Part shown: positions 38,141 through 50,542 of the stretch, one piece after another | How positions within the stretch are numbered: the stretch's first letter is position 1 | Layout: the number at the start of each line of letters is the position of its first letter | Source: Octopus vulgaris | Lineage: Eukaryota | Length of the DNA stretch: 64,000 nt | Direction of reading: 5' to 3' | Assembly: GCA_951406725.2 (NCBI GenBank) | Contig: OX597839.1 | Span: 16,368,001 to 16,432,000, forward strand | Position numbers and translations under genes: made by a program | Notes under the pieces: generated by a model | Seen by the model: only the letters and a program-made list of their open reading frames with translations | What the model was told of the DNA's origin: nothing | Database searches by the model: none

Positions 38141-39110
38141 GACGGGCGGAATACCGCTAAGCACATTAATTTCACGAGCAGGCCGTTCCGTTAATCGGAT
38201 CAACTGGAACCCTTGTCGTCGTAACCGACGGAGTGCCGCGATCTATCTATCTATCTATCTATCTATCTATATATATATATATATATAAAAAAGGAAATGA
38301 AGAAAATGCTGACAAATAATTGAAGTAATTTGAGTAATTTAATTAGGTGAAAGTTCTTTTTACCGGTTGCGCATTTGTTATGCTTATCAAAATATAAAAG
38401 AGAGATTAGAGTCTGTCTCTTATATGTGAAAAAAAGAGGCTCCAGAGTTGTTTGGGATTTGCTTGGTTTCGCGCCTAAAATTTTGATTGGTCATTATGAA
38501 GGGGTCACGTGAATGTTTGAATGGAAGTTGGTGTTGGGGTAAGAAAAAAGGCTCCAGAGAAGTTAAAATTTGGCTAGTGTCCCGCCTAAAATTTCTTATT
38601 GGCCATAATAAAGAGGTCACGTGAATGTTTAGAATTTTCGAAAATAGTGTTGTTGAAAATTCTTATTGTTCAGGCTGGTCAGTAGACGTCATGTGGATAT
38701 TTTAAATAGCTTTTTAGCGCGTAGTTAGGGAGTGTATTTTCCGCTTGACTGGATAAGTAAGTTCGTTTAGAACAGGGAGAGCTGTATGTATGTACGTGTG
38801 TGTGCGCGCGCGCGCGCGCGTGTGTGTTTATATGTATGTTGGGGCGCGCGCGCGTGTATATATGTGTGTGTGTGGGTACAATTTTCAATATTTATAGTTC
38901 TGCTGGCCTTGTGCCTGTATCGGGAAGCAACGTATTTGTGTGAAGTCAATATTTACAGCCATTTCCAAAAATAGTGTTGGATGTTTTGCACCCGTATTCA
39001 ATTATGTGTATGTGTGGAACCATATATTTGTGTGTGTCATGGTGTTAATATCTGGGTAAAGGTGTGTGTAGGGTGTGTGCAGGTGTAAGTGTGTTTGTTG
39101 TGGGTTCGTG

Positions 39111-39330
39111 TTAGGGGCATGTGTTTAGAAGTGGTCTGTATTTATTAATAAGGTGGGATTCCATGGTTATTCGCTGGGTATGAGTGGCATTGTCTTTAAA
39201 TTTGTAGAGGGGAAAGATTCTAAAATTGGGATGGAGTTGTGCGGCACAGGTATCAATATGTGCACTAAATGCTATTTTTCTATATTCCTGTATTTTTATT
39301 TGGGATCTGTGGACAGTCATGCGTTGGCGG
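39111..39330 (-). pseudogene. PLE GIY-YIG C-terminal fragment
   Basis: RMTVHRSQI...YRKIAFSAHIDTC...FRIFPLYK...RITMESHLINKYRPLLN carries the conserved R..H, H, E and LN positions of PLE endonucleases. Confidence 0.8.
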
Positions 39331-39447
39331 AGGGCGGAAAATACACTCCCTAACTACGCGCTAAAAAGCTATTTAAAATATCCACATGACGTCTACTGAC
39401 CAGCCTGAACAATAAGAATTTTCAACAACACTATTTTCGAAAATTCT

Positions 39448-39660
39448 AAACATTCACGTGACCTCTTTATTATGGCCAATAAGAAATTTTAGGCGGGACA
39501 CTAGCCAAATTTTAACTTCTCTGGAGCCTTTTTTCTTACCCCAACACCAACTTCCATTCAAACATTCACGTGACCCCTTCATAATGACCAATCAAAATTT
39601 TAGGCGCGAAACCAAGCAAATCCCAAACAACTCTGGAGCCTCTTTTTTTCACATATAAGA
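39448..39660 (+). promoter_or_regulatory. Candidate pLTR promoter: two copies of an E-box/CCAAT/E2F-like module plus TATA (mirror copy at 38418-38630)
   Basis: CACGTG at 39455 and 39567, CCAAT at 39476 and 39588, GGCGGGA at 39492 and GGCGCGAAA at 39603, TATAAGA at 39654. Module period 112 bp. Confidence 0.5.
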
Positions 39661-39685
39661 GACAGACTCTAATCTCTCTTTTATA

Positions 39686-39720
39686 TTTTGATAAGCATAA
39701 CAAATGCGCAACCGGTAAAA
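39686..39720 (+). ncRNA. Variant hammerhead-like motif (mirror copy at 38358-38392, minus strand)
   Basis: tt TTGATAA gcat aacaa atgc GCAA ccgg TA aaa. Stem II gcat/atgc, palindromic stem III accggt, GUA triplet. The core has U3-A8 and GCAA in place of GAAA; stem I is weak. Confidence 0.55.
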
Positions 39721-39826
39721 AGAACTTTCACCTAATTAAATTACTCAAATTACTTCAATTATTTGTCAGCATTTTCTTCATTTCCTTTTTTATATATCAC
39801 CACTCGTGTTCGACATCTCCTTTTTT

Positions 39827-39887
<61 letters not shown>

Positions 39888-39943
39888 TACCTGTCTGTCT
39901 ATCTATCTATCTATCTATCTATATATATATATATATATACCTG

Positions 39944-40051
<108 letters not shown>

Positions 40052-40055
40052 AATT

Positions 40056-40102
<47 letters not shown>

Positions 40103-40477
40103 CACACTCGCATAATACACACACACACATATAATACACACTCACATAATACACACACACATGTAAGCATGTATATGATGACGATTTTAACGATGATGAT
40201 GATGACGACGACGACACCGACTTTAACGATGATGATGATCACGACAATGACCGACAATTGCCAAGTGGATTCAGTGTAAAGGTTTATTCTGCGATATTCT
40301 CTAATATTAACAGTAATTGACAAACAATTGCTCTGACCTTTCGACTGGTCTTTAACGTATTAAATGTATTAGTTTACGTATTTAACGAATCGAGGAGAAA
40401 AAAGCAACTAATATATTTACAAGTGTTTTATTCCTCTCTACTCGTTCGCTTTGCATATATTTATATGCATACATAAA

Positions 40478-40852
40478 CGTGGCACTCCGTCCGTTTCGAC
40501 GACGAAGGTTCCAGTTGATCCGATCAACGGAACAGCTTGCTCAGGAAATTAACGTGTATGTGGCTGAGTACTCCTCAGACACGTCTACCCGTAGTTCTCG
40601 GGGGGATTCAGCGTGACACAGAGTGTGACAAGGCCGGCCCTTTGAAATACAGGTGCAGCAGAAACAGGAAGAAAGAGTGAGAGAAAGTTGAGGTGAAAGA
40701 GTACAGCAGGGTTCACCACCACCCACTGTCGGAGCCTCGTGGAAATTTAGGTGTTTTTGCTCAATAAACACTCACAATGCCCGGTCTAGGAATCGAAACC
40801 GCGATCCTACGACCGCAATTCCGCTGCCCTAACCACTGGACTACTGCGCCCC
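40478..40852 (-). mobile_element. Family C-type SINE with alternative head, full length
   Basis: Minus-strand head ggcgcagtagtccagtggttagggcagcgg...ggtttcgattcc and tail ending cggagtgccac. Related pieces at 32915-33062 and 56085-56276. Confidence 0.8.
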
Positions 40853-40904
40853 CACATGCATACATACACATACACATATTATACATTTACAAGAAAAGGG
40901 AAGG

Positions 40905-40946
40905 CAATGACTTCGAAGTTTCGGCACGCCAGTCTTCGTCCCACTG
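40905..40946 (-). ncRNA. Degenerate hammerhead-like motif
   Basis: Minus strand: cagt GGGACGA agactggcgtgcc GAAA cttcgaag TC attg. Palindromic stem III and GUC are intact; the first core is mutated. Confidence 0.4.
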
Positions 40947-41421
40947 TCGAGCAGGCCAAAACTTAGAATTTACTCTCACCCCACTTCTTGTATGATAAAT
41001 ATGGATTCTGCATAAAGTATTTAGAAATCCCCCAGTTTAATGGTCAATTGCTTTTAGTATATAATACTAAAAGCTTGATTAAAAACCCAACATTGATATG
41101 TGAGTGTGTGTGTGTGTGTGTTTGTGTGTGTGTGTATGTGTGTGTGTGCATGTGTGTCTGTGTATGTGTGTGCGTGCATGCGTGTGTATGTATGTATTTA
41201 TATATGTATGTATGTGTATGTATGTATGTGTGTGCGTGTATGTATGTATGTATGTATGTATGTATGTATGTATAAGAGTCTTATACGAAACTCTCGACTC
41301 TCAAGTCATTTTGTGACATCAGACGTTTAAGATAAATTGTATACACTCATTTATTTATGCTGTGAAAAACGTTAAATATTATTATTTGCAAAGGTCTCCT
41401 TCATCGAAAACCGGTGTTTAC

Positions 41422-41466
41422 CATGCGTTGACGAGAGGCAATTACCTTGAAACTATAGTCCGTATG
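41422..41466 (+). ncRNA. Type-I hammerhead ribozyme at the apex of an about 130-nt imperfect hairpin (41382-41511)
   Basis: catgcg TTGACGA gagg caatta cctt GAAA ctatag TC cgtatg. 6-bp stem I, 4-bp stem II, palindromic stem III actatagt, GUC triplet. The C3 position is U. Confidence 0.8.
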
Positions 41467-41779
41467 TATCACTTAGGTTTTCGAGGGAGGATGACCTCCC
41501 TTTGCAAATAACACAAGGGCACTGAAATTGTGTCTAAGGCCAGCTGGTGACGTTGATCACCTGGGGCTAAAAGCGTCAGTAACACCCCACCCCCAGTGGC
41601 TAGCCACATTCAGATAGCTAGTACACTTTACGTACTCATTTATTGTTTTCTATTTATAATGTTTGTTGTTTTCTGCCAAAACTCTTCATACATAGTATAC
41701 AGTCTCGTCTTTAGAACCGGGATCGCCGCTGAGCGATATCTGCTCAGCAGTTTAAGTACATTGCAACTTACTGGGACAG

Positions 41780-42300
41780 TTTAGAATCATGTGCTCAGTC
41801 CGTTGTTCCCCCTCGTTTCTTATAGTTATTGTTGTAGAAACCAGAGACGTTGAGGACGATCCCGACCGAACTAGGATTCGGAAGATTTGTGTTGGCATAT
41901 GCGGACGACGTCGATGTAATTGTGTCAGGCACATAAGGTGATCGGCATCACTCTAAGAGAGTATGAGGAAGAAACAGAAACCAAAATCAACCAGAAAATA
42001 AATCGGTGGTTCTGCAGCTCGACACATAGAGAAACGGATCTAATCTATGTCTTCCAACAATGTCGCGAGGCGCTAGAATGATAGACCGGTTGAATTTACT
42101 CGGTGTGTGGCGTGATTCAGATCTGTAATAGAAGAACAACAATGAGGTGACGAGCAGGTTAGACTGTCTCACGCAGAAATGGACCAGGAAGAAGCTATTC
42201 CTGAAGGGTCGAACAAAGGTAACGAACGCCCTCATCACCTGACTATCGTGTCTTGCTCCACTTCATGTCTGACTGGTAAGGAGCGTCATCTCTTCCGTTT
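41780..42300 (+). pseudogene. Tx1/L1-like reverse transcriptase relic
   Basis: gcatatgcggacgacgtc = AYADDV at about 41895, followed by TLREYEEETETKINQK, LNLLGVW and QKWTRKKLFLKGR in shifting frames. Confidence 0.7.
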
Positions 42301-42750
42301 TAGCGTAAGTGATGCGTTCCACGGACAAAGAGCTCCATTTGCTATTACTACCTGCTACATGAAGGACCGCGCATGTTGCGACTTATGCAGCCATTCCTTG
42401 ACGGTAAACAGGTGTTGCAGTTGTTTGTCTAATTCGCTTTTCCATGGTCCGTCTTTGGTCATTCTTACATCCTTCCTGGGTCGCTCAAATAAGAACTCAG
42501 TTAATAACTGTAACTGTTTCAAGGGAGTTATAAATCTATCCCATCGCCCTTAGTGCTTAAATGGCACTTTATTTTATCAACCCCAAGAGAATGAAAAGCA
42601 GAGTTGGGTATTCTTTCGATATTTGTCAAGGGAGCGCCCGGTATGATGAGATGATGTCATTCACCGTCTTTTTCGGCTTAGTCTATCTGTCATGAGGGAA
42701 GGTTGTGTGTGTGAATGTGCCAATATCAAAGGATCCACACACACACACAT

Positions 42751-42807
<57 letters not shown>

Positions 42808-44817
42808 TATAGGCGACCCTTCAGTATTGGTCGACAAATTATCAGTATAAAGAAACGTCGTCGTTCACCCTCTATTTCAGCCTAGCCTCTTTATCTATGC
42901 GACGAGGGAAGGCTGTGTAGTTGAATGACGTCATATATCAATATCGAAATATTGCCCAAAGTTGATCCGACCGGGATTTGAGATAGAACGTAAAACGCCG
43001 GAATAGATACCGAAAAGCATTTCTTTCCGATGCTCTTACGATTCTAATTTCTAATTTAGGCATAAGACCAGCAATTTAATGGTGGAGGGTATGGCAGGAG
43101 GAAGATAGTCGATACCATCAACCCCAGTACTTGACCGGTTCTCTACTTTATCCAAACCAAGAAAAATAAAAGTTAAAATCGATTTCTGCGTGATTTACAC
43201 TTAGAACGTAAAGGCGTAAAACTAAACACTACAAGATAGTTTATACTAGTCTGCCACTTTCTCCGATATTTTATCTGATGCTCTACCGATTATACAGACT
43301 CTGTGTAATTCTTGCCAATTAAAACAGTTTCAAATTTGAAATTTAGGGATCAAGTGAGAGTTATCTCCCCTCCGTGAAAAACGACGGTGGGGTACATTCT
43401 TCAAATCAGTCAAATGTAATGTTTAATTATTCACATTGTTTTGAATTAATCATACATTAGCTGGTAGCTTTGAGATTTTGATGATGCGGCTGTTTATTTT
43501 TAGAATGACATTATAGAATAGGCGTGAGAGGCCAGACCTGGCCATATTGAACTTAAAACAAGTAGAGTATTTGAGCTGGTTTAAATGCTAAAGGGTAAAA
43601 ACAATAAAATGCAATCATTTCAAATTTTTCTTCCTTTTTCTCTATGAAATAAAAAATACTCGAATTGTCAGAATCAGTGTGTGGCGATCAAAATAGCTTT
43701 CTGTTGTTTAGTTTACACTCCGTACACATCCTGAATTCGCAACCTAATGAGATTTAGAGAATAAATAAATAAATAAATAAATAAGTGTGGCTGTGTGGTA
43801 AGAAATTTGCTTCCCGATCACATAGTTCCGAGTTCACTCCCGCTTCGTGGCACCACGGCCAAGTGTGTTTTATTATAGTCCTGAGCTGACCTATATTCCT
43901 TGTGCCCTCCCTTCGAAAAATTCTTGGGACCGCGCCTGATGTGTGTGTGTGTGCGTGATTGCATATGTGTATGTGCGTGATTGCATATGTGTGTGTGCGT
44001 GCATATTTACGTGTGAATGTATTTATATGAGTTTAGAGGGATATATATATCCGGGTGAATACCGCGGTAGTTCTCAGTTACGTTCAAGGTTTCGGCAAAC
44101 CGCATCGATTAGTATTCAACGTCCACATAATATTACTACCATGCAGTGAAGCGAACACGGGGTTACCCATTGGAGGAATTTAGAACGTGTGTGTGTGTGT
44201 GTGTTAGCAATAATTATAACGATAGAAAATATAATATGAAAAGGTCTCCATACTCTCTATCGTTATACGTGTGTGTGTGTGTGCGTGCGTGCGCTTGAGT
44301 GACTCAGTGTGTGAGTGAGTGTGTGTAAAAGTACGTGTGTATATGCGATAGGCTGAAGCTACAATGGGATTGTACCCGGAAGTAATTTTCTTTTTACTCA
44401 GTCACAACCATAACCGCACCCCCATGATAGTGTCAAAGATATTTAGACGTTTACATTAAAAAAAAACCCTGGGGCAACACATAACAAAGAATTAATATTT
44501 ATGCCCGCTTAAACGTAGATGTTCTGTGAAGGCAAACTATACCGCGGTATACTCTCATAATGGCTTCTTGGTGCAAAATGCACGCTTGTTTATATAGCTA
44601 GCGGGGGAGATAAATTTCCCGCCATCATCAGTCCCTAGACCGCCAGATCACGTGATTTTGACCTTCCGCATTCCGATCAGCAATAATGTTCACTCGACTG
44701 TTAGAAATAGGAGCGACTCCTCTCCTCATCGGCAACATATATAAAAAAAAAACAGTGTCAGAACAGGTATTGGTGTCGTGATTAGCCAGTGAGCTTGTTA
44801 AAAAAATATATATATTA

Positions 44818-44938
44818 GCGACAGAGGTAGAATTTATACCGAGAGGTAATATATGTTCCCTCTTAAACCTGGGTGTTCTGTTGAACGTTTAAGTGGGTAT
44901 AAATATTACCCCTCGGTACTGATACTGCCTCTGTCACT
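44818..44938. repeat. Small palindromic MITE-like element (arms about 50 bp)
   Basis: gacagaggtagaatttataccgagaggtaatat...cttaaac is mirrored by gtttaag...atattacccctcggtac...ctgcctctgtc. Confidence 0.7.
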
Positions 44939-45435
44939 CATATATAACAGAGAATGGCATGACATTTTATTTCATTTATATATTTACTCTTTCTGGGGGA
45001 TCTTTTCGGTTTGAACGGCAGTTTTTAACATTATTTCTAGATAACTAAAAATTTTTAAACTTCGTATACTGGTAGAATCTCTTATTATAAAAGGCAGATT
45101 TTATCTGCCTCCCTTTGTCTCTTATAGAAATCTACAATATAGGATTTCTTCAATTACAATTTACCTAGCATTTTTAAGAGTAGAATGCATCGGGTCTTGC
45201 CAGGTCCACTTTTTAAAATTTCAACCACAATTAAGCAAAATTTAGAGAAAACTCACATTGTGGTGTATAAGTCAAATGCTTTTCTTAGTGTGGGCTACAG
45301 CACACGCACACACACAGTAAGCAACGAATAAAGTGAAAGTAATTCACTTTTTGTAGTGACTGACTCTTTCACTCTGCATTCCCACTTCCTCTTTACACAC
45401 ATAGACACGCAAATATATAAATAAAATTGTAAGCT

Positions 45436-45472
<37 letters not shown>

Positions 45473-45552
45473 GTGTGAGTGTGTGTGTGCGTGTGTGTGT
45501 GAGGGTGTGTGTGTGTGTGTGTGTGCGTGCGTGTGCGTGAGTGTGTGACAGG

Positions 45553-46050
45553 AAAGTTTTTTAGGACGAATATAAGACCTAAAGTATATCCAAGTAGCAG
45601 AAAGATCGCCCGAAAGTGTATATAGATATTTAAATGTATTTATATATTCATCTATACACAGATGTATGTATAATGTGTGTGTATATATTTCCATAGAGGT
45701 AACTTTCACTCCATACAAAGTTTTTTAGGACGAATATAAGATCTAAAGTATATACAAGTAGCAGAAAGATCACCCAAAAGTGTATATAGATATTTAAATG
45801 TATTTATATATTCATCTATACACAGATGTATGTATAATGTGTGTGTATATATTTCCATAGACGTAACCATTCACTCCGCACAAAGTTTTTTAGGACGAAA
45901 ATAAGATCTAAAGTTATCTCTAAGAAACAGAAAGATCGCCCAAAAGTGTATATAGATATTTAAATGTATTTATATATTCATCTATACACACATGTATATA
46001 TTTCCATAGAGGTAACCATTCAATCCATACAAAGTTTTTAGGACGAAAAT
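45553..46050 (+). repeat. About 164-bp tandem repeat (three full copies plus a partial) inside the Helitron
   Basis: aaagttttttaggacgaa recurs at about 45553, 45717, 45881 and 46031. Confidence 0.9.
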
Positions 46051-46296
46051 ATTTATATATAAAAGAAAGGTTGTGTGTCTGTCTACTCCGATTTTGATTC
46101 CTAACTACTCCCACATTTTGCGATGCAGTTTAACCAAAACCGGGTATCTTATAGTCGTGATTCATATCGAGCCCTTCTGGGTATTAGCGCGCGTCTACGA
46201 TGAGTCTATGATTTTACAAATAATTTACCATCATTTTTTCCATTTTAATGCATATTTTTTAAATAGAGGGAAGTAACTCTCAAACTTCACACCAAT

Positions 46297-46818
46297 ATGC
46301 GTGCTCATATGCGATGTAATATCACATCAGCAGCATTTCCTCACACCCTCCTTGCACTTGGCGAAGGCAAAATACCAGGGGATGAAAATGGTAATATTGC
46401 CATCGATTCCATTTGTACCATTGTTAAGACGCCTTCTGATCTCAGAGATGCAGTGTTCCCAGATCTACAAGCTAATTATCAGAATATGGATTGGATTGGC
46501 AAAAAGGCTATACTGGCCCCGAGGAATAAAACTGTTCACTATATTAATGATGAAATGCTAAAACTCATTCCTGGGGAAGTCTATGTATATCAGTCTATCG
46601 ATACAACTCCTGACCCAGAGGACGTCATCAACTATCCAATAGAGGTACTCAATTCCTTTGAGCACCCCGGACTACCACCACACTTTCTCAAACTTAAAGT
46701 TGGTGCCCCTATAATGCTCATCAGAAATTTGGTTCCCCCAAAACAATGCAATGGCACACGTTTTATCGTTAAGTCCTTATCTCCCACCGTAAACTTATAT
46801 CAATATTTGCCTGAATAA
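46297..46818 (+). pseudogene. Helitron RepHel PIF1-family helicase fragment (2B region)
   Basis: NMR...F..TLLALGEGK, AILAPRNKTV..IN, Y.SID, YPIEVLNS...GLPPH.LKLKVGAPIMLIRNL..CNGTR. Lacks Walker A and the Rep domain. Confidence 0.9.
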
Positions 46819-47727
46819 TCATCATAATTCAGTGCAATCATTAACAGTACTTTCAAGCAATTCAGCCCCGAGCAACGCCGGGCAATTCTGCTAGTGTGTT
46901 TATAAAACATCTTTTTCTCTTGGCTTTATTGAGAAAATTCTATAGTTTGTAAGATATTTGTTGTTGTTTGTTTTTTTCTTCAATTTCTGCAGTTTCAGCC
47001 AATCACTGACGTCTATTCAGGTAAACAACATTCTGTGCCGTATGAATATGTCCCTCGTTTAAGAAACAGATTGGGTTTATTTACATTTGTGAAGAAAAAA
47101 AGATACCCTTCCCCACCCCTAACCCTAAAACAGATTGAAATGCAATAGATCGATACTAGGGTCATAATTATGGGTGACAATTTCATGATACTGCTAGAAA
47201 AAACTGCCGTTCAAACCGAAATGATCCCTTTTTTGCTTTTTTTTTTGTTTCTTTGGCAGTTTCTTTTCTGCGATGTTATTGCTTATATTTATAAAACTGT
47301 TGTTAATACCATTGGATGTGTAAATAACAACGAACCGAAGTTCAATATGTTTTCTTCTAAAAACACGTAACAAATAAGAACAGAATATTTCTAAATGTAA
47401 AATTTGTTTTAAATATAGTTTATATTGATATCTATTTTGTCTCTTCTTGAGATAAAACTTTCACAAAGGAAAATAGGAGGCAATGATGAGGCCTCAACGT
47501 CGTCGCTCGGCTTGCTAGACATAGCAGCCAAACTTAGTTGAACTCTGATGATACTGGCTGAAAGTAGGGAAGGAAGCATAAGACTATGAAATTTTATATG
47601 TGTATATATGTACGTAGGTATATGTGTGTATGCTTGTGTATGTATGTGTGTGTGTGTATATATGTATGTATGGAGTGTACGTATATATACGGACACAAAC
47701 ACACACTCACACACACACACATAGAAC

Positions 47728-47909
<182 letters not shown>

Positions 47910-48957
47910 AGTTTCTTTATTGGCCACACTGGGCTGCACACAGATGGGACAAGTTACAAGGTAGAGCTTTTCTTTGGGGGATGAAAAAACAAAAAAACAA
48001 ATGAAGCAAAAAAAAAGAAAAGGTGGCGTAGGTTTTCGATCAAAAGGCATCGTAAAAGGGGAAAAAGAACAAAAAAAGAAAAGAAAAAAAAGGAAAAGGA
48101 ACAAAAGAAAAGAAAAATGAAAAAAGAAGAAAAAAGAGGAAAAAAGGGGAAGAGGAAAAAAAACGATCAATAGGGATCGTGTATCACAGTGTCATAATGT
48201 ATGGGGTAAAGGGGAAAGCAAATAAGGTTTATCCGTGGGAAGAAAAGCCTACGAAAAAGACCACGGTAACCTTGGTCAATATTGTTATATGTTACCACAT
48301 TTGTTTGCAAGTGGGTAACCCTCTGTTTTCAATTTCTGGGTTCATAGGATTATGCTCAAGGTGGCTTCGTCATTCATACGTGCCATCCTTGCTACATTCA
48401 CCCATCTTTTTTTAAAACATTCGCTAGACAAAACTTGCCTCTCTACTCTCACTTTCCTTTTCAAGTGGTACTTGAAGAAGTTGATGAGAGATTGACCAGA
48501 GAGGAAAGTGTTTGTCTCCAATCCTTTCAGACGCGTCCACCAGATACATTCTTTCGCCATAGCCACAAGGATGATGAAAATAGCTTTTCCTTCCCGTTTG
48601 AAGGAAGGAGGCGTGACGATATTGACGATAGACTCAGCTGATAGACCGATTCGTCCCACACGTGACAGCAGTTGTTCGACATAAGCCCACAGGTCGGAAA
48701 TTGTTGGACACTGCACGAGTGCGTGCAGAACGGTTTCGTCGCTCTGACCGCATCTCGGGCAGGTCGGCCCCGTGTTTCTCGAGCCGTGTCTGTAGAGCTT
48801 ATCCCGAACGGGTAGCGCTTCTCGGTAGCACTGCTAGGCCAGGGATCTCTGGAAGTTGTCCATGGGCCCTGGCCCGAAAGTCGTCCCGAACAGGCGGGTC
48901 AGGTATTCCTCGTTTACGTCCAGGTTCGCCCCGAGCTCGTCGTTGTACCTCCCCTCC
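47910..48957 (-). mobile_element. 5'-truncated Tx1-clade LINE inserted in (GATA)n
   Basis: Frame 48957-48342 with one stop: MDNFQRSLA*QCYREALPVRDKL...CPRC..ETVLHALVQCPTISDLW..., then a T-rich 3' UTR ending ccaataaagaaact directly into (TATC)n. Confidence 0.88.
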
Positions 48958-49040
<83 letters not shown>

Positions 49041-49042
49041 CG

Positions 49043-49132
<90 letters not shown>

Positions 49133-50306
49133 TAAACAGATAGATAGAAGACGACAGAGTTATACCCAGGAATGTTTTAATGGTTAATAAATCTAGTTGA
49201 TCGGAAATACAAATGACAACAAAATTGCATAAAAACAATTACAAATTTTCCTTAATTCCTCCCAGCCCTTTTCTTTTTGTTTCCTTGATGAAATAATTCT
49301 GGTTTCCCAGATATTTTAATTTTTGCTCTCTTTATATATAATCCATTTTTTCTTTCTTTTCTTCCTGAAAAATTTATAATTAAATACAGAAATATTTCTA
49401 TAGAACATTCCTAAAGTGTTCTCAAATATAGTGTCTTAGAAGCATTGTCATCTGTCGTTCTTTGTCGGATTGGCGTTCCTTAATCGACCATCACCAGCGC
49501 TTTACGAGAACGGTTAGAGATCCTGTTTAAAATATCTGGTGAATTCCATTGACAACACTTCTATTTCTACACAGATATATCCACGTATATATTCCATTTT
49601 AAAAATGAAAACGGCTAAGGTAACGTAATTTCATTTTTTCATATCCATCCGTGTGTGTGTGTGTGTGTGAATATACACACATACAGTAAAAATCTGTAAA
49701 ACTTTCCAGAAGTTTACCATTTAAGTATATATGCGCATGTCTAGACATGAGAATACATGTATAAATCAAATCTGCACATGAACAGACTCCAAATACTACA
49801 CGTATACATGGTGGCTGCCCCCTCATTATCGAGTATGGCCATTGCACGAAGCTTAATCAATGTTGTTATCGTGCAATGCCTGTGCAAGAAGATGTTTTTT
49901 TTAAGTGTGGAAAGGCTGTGCACTGAGTCAATCTCACTCACTAAGCAACAGCAGCCATAATCAGAAAAGAAGAACAAGTCAACATCATCGGTAACCACTG
50001 AGCCGCAGGTTTTATATCGGAGTATACATACATACATACATACATACATACATACATACATACATACATACATACATACATACATACATACATACATACT
50101 CCAAACGAACACTTTAGCCTGTCAAAACAGGCCTTGCCGTCCACTCGAGAAAATGCATTGTAAATGATCCACAAACAAGGTCCTCGACTTCTCCCTTTTG
50201 CCAAAAGGTTTCCAAGGTTTCAAGAGACACATGCGTGTCCATTGAACATAACAACTGCTTTCTTTTACTGAATCCTCATTGGTCGTTCGCGACGAGAGAA
50301 TCCATC

Positions 50307-50338
<32 letters not shown>

Positions 50339-50344
50339 GAACCC

Positions 50345-50405
<61 letters not shown>

Positions 50406-50542
50406 GGGGTTCATTTCACAGGTGATATAAACGATTAGGTACGCTAGGTAAGTGCGATAACGGATCACCAGGGCTCCAAGGTTATAGCTGAGGCGGTAGT
50501 TATGGAGCCGTTGCAGATTTCCGATATAACAGATATATCATT

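Larger units (their letters stand above)
38281..39797 (-). mobile_element. 5'-truncated Penelope-like element flanked by 464-bp inverted pseudo-LTR copies
   Basis: Arms 38281-38744 and 39334-39797 appear identical (ORFs 38420-38620(-) and 39458-39658(+) translate identically). The 589-bp spacer holds a GIY-YIG C-terminal fragment. (TA)n flanks. Confidence 0.9.
45078..46894 (+). mobile_element. Non-autonomous Helitron carrying a PIF1 helicase fragment
   Basis: 5' TC, 3' hairpin cccg-agcaacgc-cggg then CTAG. Inserted at ggtagaA|Tgtgttt with no TSD, confirmed by the empty site in the second MITE copy. Confidence 0.92.
44998..47227. mobile_element. MULE-type MITE interrupted by a Helitron
   Basis: TIRs ggatcttttcggtttgaacggcagtttt / aaaactgccgttcaaaccgaaatgatcc. 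The halves 44998-45077 and 46895-47227 join to match the intact copy at 52939-53350. Confidence 0.9.

Noticed and set aside
46297-46818. Host PIF1 helicase gene
   Set aside because: An internal fragment bounded by Helitron termini and lacking the ATPase motifs.
47117-47128. Telomeric ccctaaccctaa (also at 53238-53249)
   Set aside because: Only two units, and part of the MITE consensus; not an interstitial telomere.
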